This document shows positions 9,151 through 18,773 of a stretch of 64,000 nucleotides of DNA, piece by piece; position 1 is the first letter of the stretch, and each line of letters opens with the position of its first letter. Source of the DNA: Candidatus Shapirobacteria bacterium (lineage in GTDB: Bacteria > Patescibacteriota > Microgenomatia > UM-FILTER-40-11); contig JAGVBK010000003.1 in the NCBI GenBank assembly GCA_020059745.1, positions 68,492 through 132,491 on the forward strand, read 5' to 3'. The notes under the pieces are model-generated. The model worked only from the letters and a program-made list of their open reading frames with translations. It was not told where the DNA came from and made no database searches. Both the position numbers and the translations under genes were made by a program.

Positions 9151-10408
9151 AAAAGAGAAAGGTTTTAGCTTTTGGAAAGTTTTGATAATCGGGGTTCTTC
9201 TCAGGTTGGTTTTAATGCCGGTTACGCTTCATCCCGATATTTTGGGCCATTCTTTTAGCGCCTACTTTTTTGCTTATGAAGGAAAGATAAATCTTTATGA
9301 CACTCTGGCTGAGTTGCCGCAAACGCATCCTTTGGTAAAAAATTTTGGGGTCAGCGATATTTTTATTTATCCTCCTTTAACCTACTTCACCTTAGGGCTT
9401 TTTAGAGTAATAGTTAAGCCGTTTTCAGACCCAAACTTTGTTCCATTCCTCATGGAAAACCTGAGCCAGATTCATTACCGAAATGATCTCTTCTTAAACC
9501 TTTTCTTATTTAAATTTCCATATCTCTTTTTTGATGTCGGCCTGGCGTTTTTACTGGCCGGGCTTTTTGATGATCTGAAAAAGAAGAATCTTGCTTTCGC
9601 TCTTTGGATATTTAACCCGGTTACAATCTATGCCACTTTCATGATTGGCCAGCTCGACCTTTTGCCAGCCTTTTTTAGCGTTTTGGGTATTTACCTTTTT
9701 AAAAAAGAGAAATTTTCTTGGGCAGCATTTTCTGTCGGAGTTGCCGCTTCTTTTAAAATGTACCCTCTTTTTTTGCTTTTTCCTTTGGCCTTTTTAAGCA
9801 ACATTAAATTTTCGGAAAAGATAAAAAACCTTGTTTTTGGCGTAGCGCCTTTTATCTTTTTTATTGCTCCTTTTGTAAACTCACCGGCATTTCGGGCTCA
9901 GGTATTTTCTCCCAAAAGCCAGAAAATGCTTTTTATGGGCTGGCCTTTATCAGGGGCGGAAGTAATTTATCCGTTTATTTTAGGGTTAAGCATTCTTTGT
10001 TTTTCCGCTTATTACTCAAAAAAGAAAAGCGATTTGCCTGTTTACTTTGCTTCAGCGCTGCTTTTGACCTTTAGCGTTACCCATTTTCACCCCCAATGGT
10101 TTTTATGGGTTACTCCGTTTTTAATTTGGGAGCTGGTAGAGAATAATTTTAAAAATTGGTTTTTAACTTTTACCATTTTTATCTCCTGGCTGGTTCTAAC
10201 CTTAATGTTTGAGCCCTCGCTTTCTTACGGGCTTTTTAACCCGCTTTGGCCGGATTTAGACAAAGCAGCCGGGCTTTCGGACTTGCTTGGCCGATATACA
10301 AATGTTTTCCAGTTTAAAAGCCTTGTCAGAAGCCTTTTTGCCGGAGCCTCGCTATTTTATGTAGTCAAACTTCTTTGGGGCGGGTTAAAAACCAATGCCG
10401 ACAATTAA
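9137..10408 (+). CDS. Polytopic membrane protein, a putative GT-C-type glycosyltransferase.
   Basis: About 424 aa from the ATG at 9137; the ORF track extends it to 9083 through a lysine-rich leader. There are more than 10 TM helices with short loops. It sits between GT4 and YfhO-like genes. Confidence 0.45.
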   Translation: MKESKKEKGFSFWKVLIIGVLLRLVLMPVTLHPDILGHSFSAYFFAYEGKINLYDTLAELPQTHPLVKNFGVSDIFIYPPLTYFTLGLFRVIVKPFSDPNFVPFLMENLSQIHYRNDLFLNLFLFKFPYLFFDVGLAFLLAGLFDDLKKKNLAFALWIFNPVTIYATFMIGQLDLLPAFFSVLGIYLFKKEKFSWAAFSVGVAASFKMYPLFLLFPLAFLSNIKFSEKIKNLVFGVAPFIFFIAPFVNSPAFRAQVFSPKSQKMLFMGWPLSGAEVIYPFILGLSILCFSAYYSKKKSDLPVYFASALLLTFSVTHFHPQWFLWVTPFLIWELVENNFKNWFLTFTIFISWLVLTLMFEPSLSYGLFNPLWPDLDKAAGLSDLLGRYTNVFQFKSLVRSLFAGASLFYVVKLLWGGLKTNADN

Positions 10409-12794
10409 AAAAAATTTAAAATATTTTGCACTTTTATTTCTTTTTTTAGCATGGTTTGTTTTGTTTCACAAGGTATTTTTAAAAGGCTTGCTGCCAATCC
10501 CGGCAGACATTATTACCGGCGTTTACTTCCCCTGGCTTGACTATAAATGGGGATTTTTGACCGGAGTGCCGGTTAAGAATCCCTTAATTTCCGACATTCC
10601 TTCTTTGCTTTACCCTTGGCGGCAGCTTGTTATTGACCAGTATGCTTCTGGCAGTTGGCCGCTTTGGAATCCATACTACTTTGGCGGCATGCCTCTTCTT
10701 GCCAATTTTCAGTCGGCAGCGTTTTCTTATGTTAATGCCTTTTTTTTGTTTTTGCCCAAAGCCTTTGCCTGGTCTTTTGGGGTAATGCTTTCGCCCCTTA
10801 TAACCATGCTTGCTTTTTATATATTTTTAAGGAACAAGAAACTTGGAGTAATGCCTTCGCTTTTGGGAAGCATTACTTTTTCGCTTTCAGGTTTTCAGAC
10901 AGCCTGGCTTGAATATAATGTCCACGGCCACACAGCCCTTTTTTTGCCTTTGCTTCTTTTATTTATTGATAAAATTCTGGGAGAAAACAAAAGAAGATAC
11001 CTTTTTGGATTGCCATTGCTCGTTGCTTTCCAAATTTTTGCAGGTTATATCCCCGTCGTTATTTATTCTTATCTTATTTGCGGCTTTTATGTTTTGTTTT
11101 TTTATCTTATACCGGAATTAAAAAAATCTTTTGAATATAAAAAATTCCTTCTTTTTTTTGGCTTCTTTCTCTGGGGGATTTTTTTAGCTTCAGTTCAATT
11201 GTTTCCGGGTTTTGAGTTGACTCAGAATTCAATAAGAAAAATTGATCCGACCGTTACCGCCAGTAATGCTTCCTATCTTCCTTTTGTCAATTTAGCGACC
11301 GCCCTGGCTCCGGATTTTTTTGGCAACCCTGCCACCGGGAATTATTTTGGCACGGCTTTTTATGACAACTTCTACTTTTTTATGGGCACCGGCACTTTAA
11401 TATTGCTGTTTTTTTCTTTATTTTTTTTAAAAAAAGAAAAAAACATTTTCTTTTGGTGGGCAGTTTTAGGTTTTTCCTTTATTTTAATTTTTGAAAACCC
11501 GCTGGGAAAAATTTTGGAAAAGATACTTTTTTTGTCAGGGGGAGTTTCGGCGAGGGCTCTTTTTATGACCACTTTCTCCCTGGCTGTTCTTTTTGCTTAC
11601 GGTTTTGAAAAAATGCTAAGCGAAACCAGGGCAAGGAAAAAACTTCTTTTTTCAATCTTTATTTTGCTTGCTTTATTTTTGTTAACTTATTTAATTTCCA
11701 ACCAAATTAAAAACCCGGTTTTTAAGAGTGTCGCTCAAAGAAACCTTGTTATTCCCTTTGCCGCATTTGCCTTCTCCGGTTTTTGCCTGTTTTTATTGAG
11801 TTTTAAAAAGTTAAAGAAATATAAATACTTTTTTGCTTTTGTTTTTTGTTTGATTACCCTGGCGCAGCTCATTTATTCGACCCAAAAGTACCTTCCTTTT
11901 TCAAAAAAAGAGCTTTTGTTCCCAAAGACTCCGGTTTTGGATTTTCTTGTCGGAAAGCAAAAATTGGAAAAATCTCCCTTTAGGGTGGAACTAGGCGAGG
12001 TGATTCCCCAAAATTTTCTTATGCCTTATAAACTTCAAACAATATCAGGCTATGATGCCTTGATGCCAAAAAGAACAGGAGAATTTCTTTCCCTGCTTAA
12101 AACAGGGGAAGTTAAAGAAAATATTTCCAGGGTTTTTCTTATCGACGGCTTTGACTCAAATTTATACCCGATTCTTAACATTAATTATGTTTTGGCAAAA
12201 AAGACTGATGAAAAAGGGTTTTTTTCTCCTTCCGGCAGCCCGCCGGCAGTTTTTGCAAACCCCCGCTTTAAGGCGGTTTTTGAAGATAAAACCGTAGTTG
12301 TTTATGAAGACCAAAAGGCATTACCGCGTGCTTTTTGGGTTTATGACTTTGCAGTTGCAGAAGACGATTTAGGATTGATTAATCTTTTAAAAACTTCCGA
12401 CCTTTCTAAAAAAGTGATTTTAGAAGAAAAACCGGAAATCGAGCCGATTTTAGAAAATATCGTTCCGGGTTCAGTTGTATGGAGTGAGTATTTACCCAAT
12501 AAAGTCTCTTTTGTTGCCGAATCCGAAAAGCCGGGAATAATTTTTTTATCGGATAATTTTTATCCTGGCTGGGTAGCTTTTATTGACGGGCAAAAAGCTA
12601 AAATTTTACGGGCCAATTATACTTTTAGGGCTCTCAGTGTTCCTGAAGGTAAGCACCGCATTGACTTTGAATATAAACCTAAAAGCTTTTACTTGGGGCT
12701 AGGGGTTTCATTGGCCTCTTTTGTGATTTATGGCCTTTTTCTTTTAAGGGAAGTAATAAAATTAAAAAAATCTCAAGTAAAAAATGATTACTAA
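10395..12794 (+). CDS. YfhO-family-like GT-C membrane glycosyltransferase.
   Basis: 799 aa. The N-terminal loop reads PADIITGVYFPWLDYKWG...PVKNPLISD...WNPYYFGGMPLLANFQS. A large soluble C-terminal domain follows. It is a tandem paralog of the 12784 gene. Confidence 0.5.
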   Translation: MPTIKKNLKYFALLFLFLAWFVLFHKVFLKGLLPIPADIITGVYFPWLDYKWGFLTGVPVKNPLISDIPSLLYPWRQLVIDQYASGSWPLWNPYYFGGMPLLANFQSAAFSYVNAFFLFLPKAFAWSFGVMLSPLITMLAFYIFLRNKKLGVMPSLLGSITFSLSGFQTAWLEYNVHGHTALFLPLLLLFIDKILGENKRRYLFGLPLLVAFQIFAGYIPVVIYSYLICGFYVLFFYLIPELKKSFEYKKFLLFFGFFLWGIFLASVQLFPGFELTQNSIRKIDPTVTASNASYLPFVNLATALAPDFFGNPATGNYFGTAFYDNFYFFMGTGTLILLFFSLFFLKKEKNIFFWWAVLGFSFILIFENPLGKILEKILFLSGGVSARALFMTTFSLAVLFAYGFEKMLSETRARKKLLFSIFILLALFLLTYLISNQIKNPVFKSVAQRNLVIPFAAFAFSGFCLFLLSFKKLKKYKYFFAFVFCLITLAQLIYSTQKYLPFSKKELLFPKTPVLDFLVGKQKLEKSPFRVELGEVIPQNFLMPYKLQTISGYDALMPKRTGEFLSLLKTGEVKENISRVFLIDGFDSNLYPILNINYVLAKKTDEKGFFSPSGSPPAVFANPRFKAVFEDKTVVVYEDQKALPRAFWVYDFAVAEDDLGLINLLKTSDLSKKVILEEKPEIEPILENIVPGSVVWSEYLPNKVSFVAESEKPGIIFLSDNFYPGWVAFIDGQKAKILRANYTFRALSVPEGKHRIDFEYKPKSFYLGLGVSLASFVIYGLFLLREVIKLKKSQVKNDY

Positions 12795-15207
12795 TTTGAA
12801 AAACATTTTGTTAAAAACTTGGCCCTTTTTATTAATTATATTTTTGGTAGGAGTCTTTTTTTGGAAATTCTTCCTGAAAGGATTAATCCCTCTTCCGGCA
12901 GATTTGGTTATTGGCGCATATTACCCCTGGCTTGACTACAAATGGGGCTATGAGGTCGGGGTTCCAGTGAAAAATCCTCTTATTGCCGATTCTGTTTCTC
13001 AATTTTATCCTTTTAAGATATATGCCATGGAACAAATTAAGGAAGGATTTCTACCGCTTTGGAACTCCTCGTTGTTCGGAGGTTGTCCCTTGTTTTCAAA
13101 TGTGCTGATTGGAATTCTAAATCCTACAAATTTATTATTTGTTTTTCTACCAAAATTGACTGCTTGGGGGTTACAGACTTCCCTTCAGCCCTTGCTGGCG
13201 GCCTTCTTTACTTATTTATTCTTAAGGTCGTTTAATCTTGGTAAATTCTCAAGCATTGCCGGAGCGATTATCTATGCTTTTTGCGGCTTTAACATTATGT
13301 GGATGGAACTTAATATCCACGGCTTTACTGCCGCTTTTCTTCCTCTCATTTTTTATTCAATAAATAAGTTCTATCATTCTAAAAATATTTTATTTTTAAT
13401 ACTAACCAGCTTGGCAATTTGTTTGCAGATATTTTCCGGTTATCCTCAAATAATTATTTACTCATTTTTAACTTTAATATTCTATGTTTTCTGGGTTTTT
13501 GGGGTCCCCAGGAAGGAAAATTTGCTTGTTTTTTCCTTTGTGGCGCTTGGTATAATTTTGGCAAGTGTCCAGATTGTTCCTACGATAGAGCTTTTTTTAA
13601 ATTCCCAACGGCGGCTTGAGAGTTTACCTTTTGACCAGGTTTATCTGCCTTGGTCGTATATCATCTCTTTTTTCGCCCCGGATTACTACGGGAATCCTGT
13701 CACTGGCAATTTCTGGGGCAAGACCGATTATACGGCTATTTGCGGATATTGCGGGATTGTTTCTGTTGTTTTGGCGGGAACAGCTTTTTCCTGGATAAAA
13801 AAGAAAAAAATTGTTTCCTTTTTTATCGTATTACTTTTTTTTACACTGGCGCTGGCTTTTCCTACTCCATTAATGAAACTTTTCTATAAAGGCAATTTTT
13901 TTGGGCTAGGGGCTTCGGGAGCCTCAAGGATCCTTTTCCTTTCCTGTTTTTCCATTGCCTCTCTTTCTGCTTTTGGTTTCGAAATATTGTTAAACCATAA
14001 GTTTGAAAAAAAATATTTAAGGGCGTTATATTTGCCACTAATAATCTTGGGTGGGTTTGGTGTTGGCACCTTGCTTTCAATAGCAATTGTTAAATATGCT
14101 TCCAGGGAACTAGCTCAAGAAGCACTTATTTATCTGGATAAATTTTGCTATGGAAACTTAAAGGTTGGCATGAGGAATTTAGTGCTGCCCTCGCTGGTAT
14201 TATCCTCAATGATATTGGCACTTGCCGCTTTGAATTTTAAAAATAGAATTACTAAAAAAGCTTCATTAATCTTGATCTTTTTAGTTTTAATATTAGAACT
14301 TTTCCGTTTTGGGTGGAAATTTCTTCCGTTTACTAAGCCTGATTTGGTTTATCCGGAAACTCCGGTTATAACATTTTTAAAAGAAAAACAAGGAATTTTT
14401 AGAGTTGAGGGGGGAGATGCTATTCCGATGAACATGCTGATGCCGTATGGAATCGACACTTTCTCTGCTTATGACCCGATGTATCCCCTAAGAACAGCGG
14501 AGATGATTTCCCTTGTTGACGGAGGATCAATCCTTAGACCAAAAGACCGTTATGCAAAGATAAACAACTATCATTCAAGGCTTCTTGACCTGAGCAATAT
14601 TTGTTATCTGCTGTCAGTAAAAAAAGACGATAGGGACAGAGTAAGTATTGAGGGTAGGCCTGGTTATCAGTTCCGGTTGGATAAGTTTTCGGTAATTTTC
14701 AGCGACAAGTCAGTCGATGTTTTAAAAAATAAAGATTGTTTTCCGAGGGCCTTTTTGGTTAGAGACTATATTATTTCCAGTTCAAAAGAAGAAATTGCCC
14801 AGTTTTTACAGAGCAAAGATTTTGACTTGAAAAAGACCATTATACTTGAAAAAAATCCTGGTGTTATTTCTTTAAAAACAGAGACATCCAAAGAAGATAA
14901 GCTGGTTTGGAGAGTCCAAAAACCGGGTTTTAATGAGATAGAGGTTGACTTGAAGGAGCCTGCCTTTATTTTTCTTTCTGAGAACTATTATCCGGGGTGG
15001 AAAGCCTTTGTTGATGACCAGAAAACTGAAGTTTTTCGAGCTGATTATGCGTTTCAATCAGTATATGTTCCTTCGGGAAAACATTTAGTCAAATTTGTTT
15101 ACAGCCCTGTTTCCTTTAAAATAGGAATTATTTGTTCAGGGCTGGCAGCAACGGTTTTATTTGTTTTATTATTAAGCAAAAGGAAAAAAACTATTACTGG
15201 TTACTAA
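12784..15207 (+). CDS. YfhO-family-like GT-C membrane glycosyltransferase; paralog of the 10395 gene.
   Basis: 807 aa. The N-terminal motifs are near-identical to the upstream gene (PADLVIGAYYPWLDYKWG...PVKNPLIAD). It has the same architecture. Confidence 0.5.
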   Translation: MITNLKNILLKTWPFLLIIFLVGVFFWKFFLKGLIPLPADLVIGAYYPWLDYKWGYEVGVPVKNPLIADSVSQFYPFKIYAMEQIKEGFLPLWNSSLFGGCPLFSNVLIGILNPTNLLFVFLPKLTAWGLQTSLQPLLAAFFTYLFLRSFNLGKFSSIAGAIIYAFCGFNIMWMELNIHGFTAAFLPLIFYSINKFYHSKNILFLILTSLAICLQIFSGYPQIIIYSFLTLIFYVFWVFGVPRKENLLVFSFVALGIILASVQIVPTIELFLNSQRRLESLPFDQVYLPWSYIISFFAPDYYGNPVTGNFWGKTDYTAICGYCGIVSVVLAGTAFSWIKKKKIVSFFIVLLFFTLALAFPTPLMKLFYKGNFFGLGASGASRILFLSCFSIASLSAFGFEILLNHKFEKKYLRALYLPLIILGGFGVGTLLSIAIVKYASRELAQEALIYLDKFCYGNLKVGMRNLVLPSLVLSSMILALAALNFKNRITKKASLILIFLVLILELFRFGWKFLPFTKPDLVYPETPVITFLKEKQGIFRVEGGDAIPMNMLMPYGIDTFSAYDPMYPLRTAEMISLVDGGSILRPKDRYAKINNYHSRLLDLSNICYLLSVKKDDRDRVSIEGRPGYQFRLDKFSVIFSDKSVDVLKNKDCFPRAFLVRDYIISSSKEEIAQFLQSKDFDLKKTIILEKNPGVISLKTETSKEDKLVWRVQKPGFNEIEVDLKEPAFIFLSENYYPGWKAFVDDQKTEVFRADYAFQSVYVPSGKHLVKFVYSPVSFKIGIICSGLAATVLFVLLLSKRKKTITGY

Positions 15208-15215
15208 TTTAAAAG

Positions 15216-15857
15216 ATGATAGAAGAAGCAGCCAGGCTGCATCACAATGTTCCCCCGAACTATTACGAGGAAAGTATCAAAAAAAATATTTTCCAGCGTT
15301 TTTGGCATTTTCAACGGTTTAAGAATATTAGCAAAATAAGCACCCCTGTTAAGGGCGCTATTTTGGATATTGGATGTGCAGACGGAACTTTCTCGGAAAT
15401 TATTTTCAAAAAAACTAAGGCCGAAAAAATTATCGGCATTGATGTTTTAAAAAAGTCGGTTGAGTATGCGGCAAAAAGATTTAAGAACAAAGAAAAAATG
15501 AGTTTTATGGTTGCCGACGCTGAAAACCTGCCTTTTAAAGACAATCAATTTGGAGCAGTTTTTTGTCTTGAAGCACTGGAGCATATTCTTGATCCCAAGA
15601 AAGCTATTTTGGAAATGAAGAGGGTTCTAAGGCCGGGAGGTTATTTAATTATTCTTGTTCCCACCGACAGCCTTCTTTTTTTAGTTTTATGGCAGATAGT
15701 TTTAATGACCTGGGGAAAGCACTGGCGGGAAACTCATGTTAACAGTTTTAAAGAGAGAAGAAGCTTGCAGAATTTTTTGGAAGAAAACGGCTTGAGCGTA
15801 GTTGAAGATAAAAAGTTTCTTTGGGGAATGCTTGAGGCAGTTAAGGCGGTGAAATAA
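15216..15857 (+). CDS. Class I SAM-dependent methyltransferase.
   Basis: Motif I reads ILDIGCADGTF. Motifs II/III are FCLEALEHI...LRPGGYLII. Confidence 0.75.
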   Translation: MIEEAARLHHNVPPNYYEESIKKNIFQRFWHFQRFKNISKISTPVKGAILDIGCADGTFSEIIFKKTKAEKIIGIDVLKKSVEYAAKRFKNKEKMSFMVADAENLPFKDNQFGAVFCLEALEHILDPKKAILEMKRVLRPGGYLIILVPTDSLLFLVLWQIVLMTWGKHWRETHVNSFKERRSLQNFLEENGLSVVEDKKFLWGMLEAVKAVK

Positions 15858-15906
15858 TAAAAATTGCCTCTTTTCAAAACTTAATTTTGGTTTTATACTT
15901 TACTTT

Positions 15907-16635
15907 ATGGAAAAAGAAAAAAAGTCAACCCGAAAACCCGCAGCCAAAAAACCTGTTCGAAAAACCAAGTCATTACCCAAAACCCAGGAAAACATTGTTG
16001 AAGCTGTTTCCGTAGAAACACTTACTGTCAGCGAAACTCCTGTTGTAAAAAATTCCGGTCCGAAAATAAACACCTTTTCTCTTATCTTTGTTCTGATGGT
16101 GGTTATTTTAGGTCTTTTGGGATACTTGTTTAGAGACAGGATTTTTGCAGCTACAGTTAATGGCAAGCCGATTTTCAGATATGAACTTAACGAGAGGATG
16201 GTTAAAACTTTTGGCAAGGAAGTTCTTGAAAATTTGATTGTCGAGAGGTTAGTCGCCGAAGAAGCAGCCAAAAACAGCATTGCCGTTACTTCAGACGAAG
16301 TTGATGAAGAAGTAAAAAAAGTATCAGAAAGCCTAGGGCCAGACACCAAGCTTGAGGACATTTTAAAGTTTCAAGGCATGACCCTTGAGGACTTTAAAGA
16401 GCAAATGAGATTAAAAATCCAGGTGAACAAACTTCTTGCCAATGAAGTGGTTATTTCCGATGAAGAAATTGCGGATTTTGTTGAAAACAACAGCCAGTCC
16501 TTAACCGCCGCAGACGATGAAGGCAAGAAAGAAGAGGCGAGAAACATTCTTAAAGAACAGAAGATTAACCAAGCTTTTGGAACTTGGATTGATGAGCTGA
16601 TGAAAAACAGCAAAATCACCAGGTATCTGAACTAA
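15907..16635 (+). CDS. Membrane-anchored SurA-N-domain-like chaperone protein with no PPIase domain.
   Basis: It has a lysine-rich N-terminus and a single TM helix. A helical domain follows that resembles the N-terminal chaperone domain of SurA/PrsA. Confidence 0.45.
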   Translation: MEKEKKSTRKPAAKKPVRKTKSLPKTQENIVEAVSVETLTVSETPVVKNSGPKINTFSLIFVLMVVILGLLGYLFRDRIFAATVNGKPIFRYELNERMVKTFGKEVLENLIVERLVAEEAAKNSIAVTSDEVDEEVKKVSESLGPDTKLEDILKFQGMTLEDFKEQMRLKIQVNKLLANEVVISDEEIADFVENNSQSLTAADDEGKKEEARNILKEQKINQAFGTWIDELMKNSKITRYLN

Positions 16636-16672
16636 TCTCTCTTTCGTCTTTTCTTTATGCTAAAATTTCCTC

Positions 16673-17527
16673 ATGGATGTATCTATCCTTGTTACTTGCT
16701 GGAACGGGGAAAAACTTCTCTCTCATAACTTTTCAAAAGTAGTTGAGGCGGCGGAAAACAAAGATAATAAGGTTAAAGAGATTTTGGTTGTTGATGACGG
16801 CTCTTCAGACAATTCTGTTTCTTTCCTAAAAAAGAATTTTCCCCAAGTTAAGGTACTGGAGAATAAAAGGAACTATGGTTATGGCTTTTCTTGCAACCGG
16901 GGAATGGAAGAAGCAAAAGCTGATTTGGTGGCAATTTTAAATCTTGATGTGATTCCGGATAAAGATTTTTTAGTTTCCTGTTTGCCGCACTTTGAAGACG
17001 AAAAGGTTTTTTCTGTTTCTTTTAATGAGGGCAGTTTTGGTCCCGGCAGGCTGGCTTGGAACAAAGGGTTTATTGAAATTGTTGAAACAAAACCGGAAAA
17101 AACAACCTCTTTTGCTTCCTGGCCGAGCGGGGGAAGCTCAGTTTTCAGAAAAAAGCTTTGGCGGGAAATAGGGGGAATGGATGAAATTTTTCTTCCTTTT
17201 TATTTTGAAGATATTGATTTGGGAATACGGGCCGAAAAAAAGGGCTATAAGTGCTTATGGGAGCCCAAGGCAAAGGTAAACCACAAACACGAGGCAACAA
17301 TCAATCCGGAAAATTTTGCTCTTCATAAGCACAAAAAAGACATTTCTTTAATAAAAGAAAGAAACTTTCTGCTTTTAAATTGGAAACATTTAGACAGTCC
17401 TTCAGATTTTTTTAATCATTTAGTTTATCTTTTTAAAAGGGCTTTTTTCGCGCCGGGGTATTTTAAAGTCATTTTTTCTGCAATCTTAAGAAAAATATCC
17501 TTCAGTTTTACCCATGAGCAACTTTAA
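16673..17527 (+). CDS. Family 2 glycosyltransferase.
   Basis: Contains SILVTCWNGEKLL...VVDDGSSDNS...YGYGFSCNRG and a DxD-like LNLD. Confidence 0.75.
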   Translation: MDVSILVTCWNGEKLLSHNFSKVVEAAENKDNKVKEILVVDDGSSDNSVSFLKKNFPQVKVLENKRNYGYGFSCNRGMEEAKADLVAILNLDVIPDKDFLVSCLPHFEDEKVFSVSFNEGSFGPGRLAWNKGFIEIVETKPEKTTSFASWPSGGSSVFRKKLWREIGGMDEIFLPFYFEDIDLGIRAEKKGYKCLWEPKAKVNHKHEATINPENFALHKHKKDISLIKERNFLLLNWKHLDSPSDFFNHLVYLFKRAFFAPGYFKVIFSAILRKISFSFTHEQL

Positions 17528-18773
17528 GATTAAGCTTTCTTTGTTTGGTGCTTTTTTGTTGAGAATCGCTTTTTTTCCTTGGGGGCGTCACAGTGACTGC
17601 GACAACTTTTTTTATTGGTCAAAATACCTTTGGGATAAAAAAGATTTTTTGGGGTTTTTAGGGAAGTCGGTTCCTAATGCTATGCCGGCAACCTACCCTC
17701 CGATTTACTATTACCTTATTTACCTTTGGCGCGGTTTTTACGAACTAATCGGCGAAATTTTATGGCGGCTTAATGTCAAGCTGTCATTTTTCCCTTCAAA
17801 CTTCATTTTCATTTATCAAAGCTATCAAGGAGGGGTAGCTTTTAATAAACTGCCTGCAATTTTTGCTGATTTTGGCTGTGCATTTCTGATTTTTAAAACC
17901 GCGGTTTTGGCAGGATGCAAGAGAGAAGCGGCGGCGGTTTCCTCTCTTCTTTTCCTCTTGCTGCCGCCTTTTTGGTATAACAGCGCCCACTGGGGGCAGA
18001 TAGACAGCATTTACGCCTTTTTTATCCTGCTGGCTTTTTATTTAACTTTCAAGAGTAAATTTTTGTTGGCAACTTTTTCATTAGGTTTGTCTGCCCTGGT
18101 AAAACCAACAGGTCTTTTTGTTTTACCGGCTTTTTTAATATATTTTTTAGGAAAAAGAAAAATTATGGATGGAATCTTTGGCGCTGCTTTTTTTGCTATT
18201 TTGGCTTATATTTTATATTTTCCCATCCAGCCTTTAAATACTCTTGCGTGGGCTTTCAGTTTTTATTTTGGCAGCTTTAAAGGCGAAGTAGATTTTCTTG
18301 CCTCAAATGCCTTTAATTTTTGGTCTTTTCTTTTTGGATTTGATCAAAGGCCGGCCGGATCGCTTTTCTTGGGAATCCCTTTATCCTTGTGGGGTTTTGC
18401 CGTTTTTACTTTTTTTGGCGGAGTGATTGCTTTTTATCAGTGGAAAAGAAATAACCGAAAAAGTTTTCTTTTTTCAGCCTTTCTTTTTAGTTTTGCCTCT
18501 TTTCTTTTTTTACCAAGGATGCATGAGCGTTATTTCTATACAGCGGCGGCAGTTTTGGCAATTCTCTCTGGGTTTAACAAAAAAATGCTTTATTTGTTTG
18601 TTGCTCTTTCTTTAATTCACTTTATTAACCTTTACCATTTTTGGTGGTCACCAAGAATTCCTTTGCTAATTTCGCTTTTTTCCAATCTGGCAGTTCTTCG
18701 GGTTCTTATCTTTCTTAAGATGGCAATTTTTGCTAAACTATTGCTAGCCCACGCGAAAAATGAAACTGCTTGA
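17514..18773 (+). CDS. GT-C-fold polytopic membrane protein, DUF2029 or PIG-V/Gpi18 mannosyltransferase-like.
   Basis: 419 aa with about 11 TM helices and a C-terminal MHERYFY motif. It is a paralog of the 22953 gene, which has MHERYLY. Confidence 0.45.
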   Translation: MSNFKIKLSLFGAFLLRIAFFPWGRHSDCDNFFYWSKYLWDKKDFLGFLGKSVPNAMPATYPPIYYYLIYLWRGFYELIGEILWRLNVKLSFFPSNFIFIYQSYQGGVAFNKLPAIFADFGCAFLIFKTAVLAGCKREAAAVSSLLFLLLPPFWYNSAHWGQIDSIYAFFILLAFYLTFKSKFLLATFSLGLSALVKPTGLFVLPAFLIYFLGKRKIMDGIFGAAFFAILAYILYFPIQPLNTLAWAFSFYFGSFKGEVDFLASNAFNFWSFLFGFDQRPAGSLFLGIPLSLWGFAVFTFFGGVIAFYQWKRNNRKSFLFSAFLFSFASFLFLPRMHERYFYTAAAVLAILSGFNKKMLYLFVALSLIHFINLYHFWWSPRIPLLISLFSNLAVLRVLIFLKMAIFAKLLLAHAKNETA

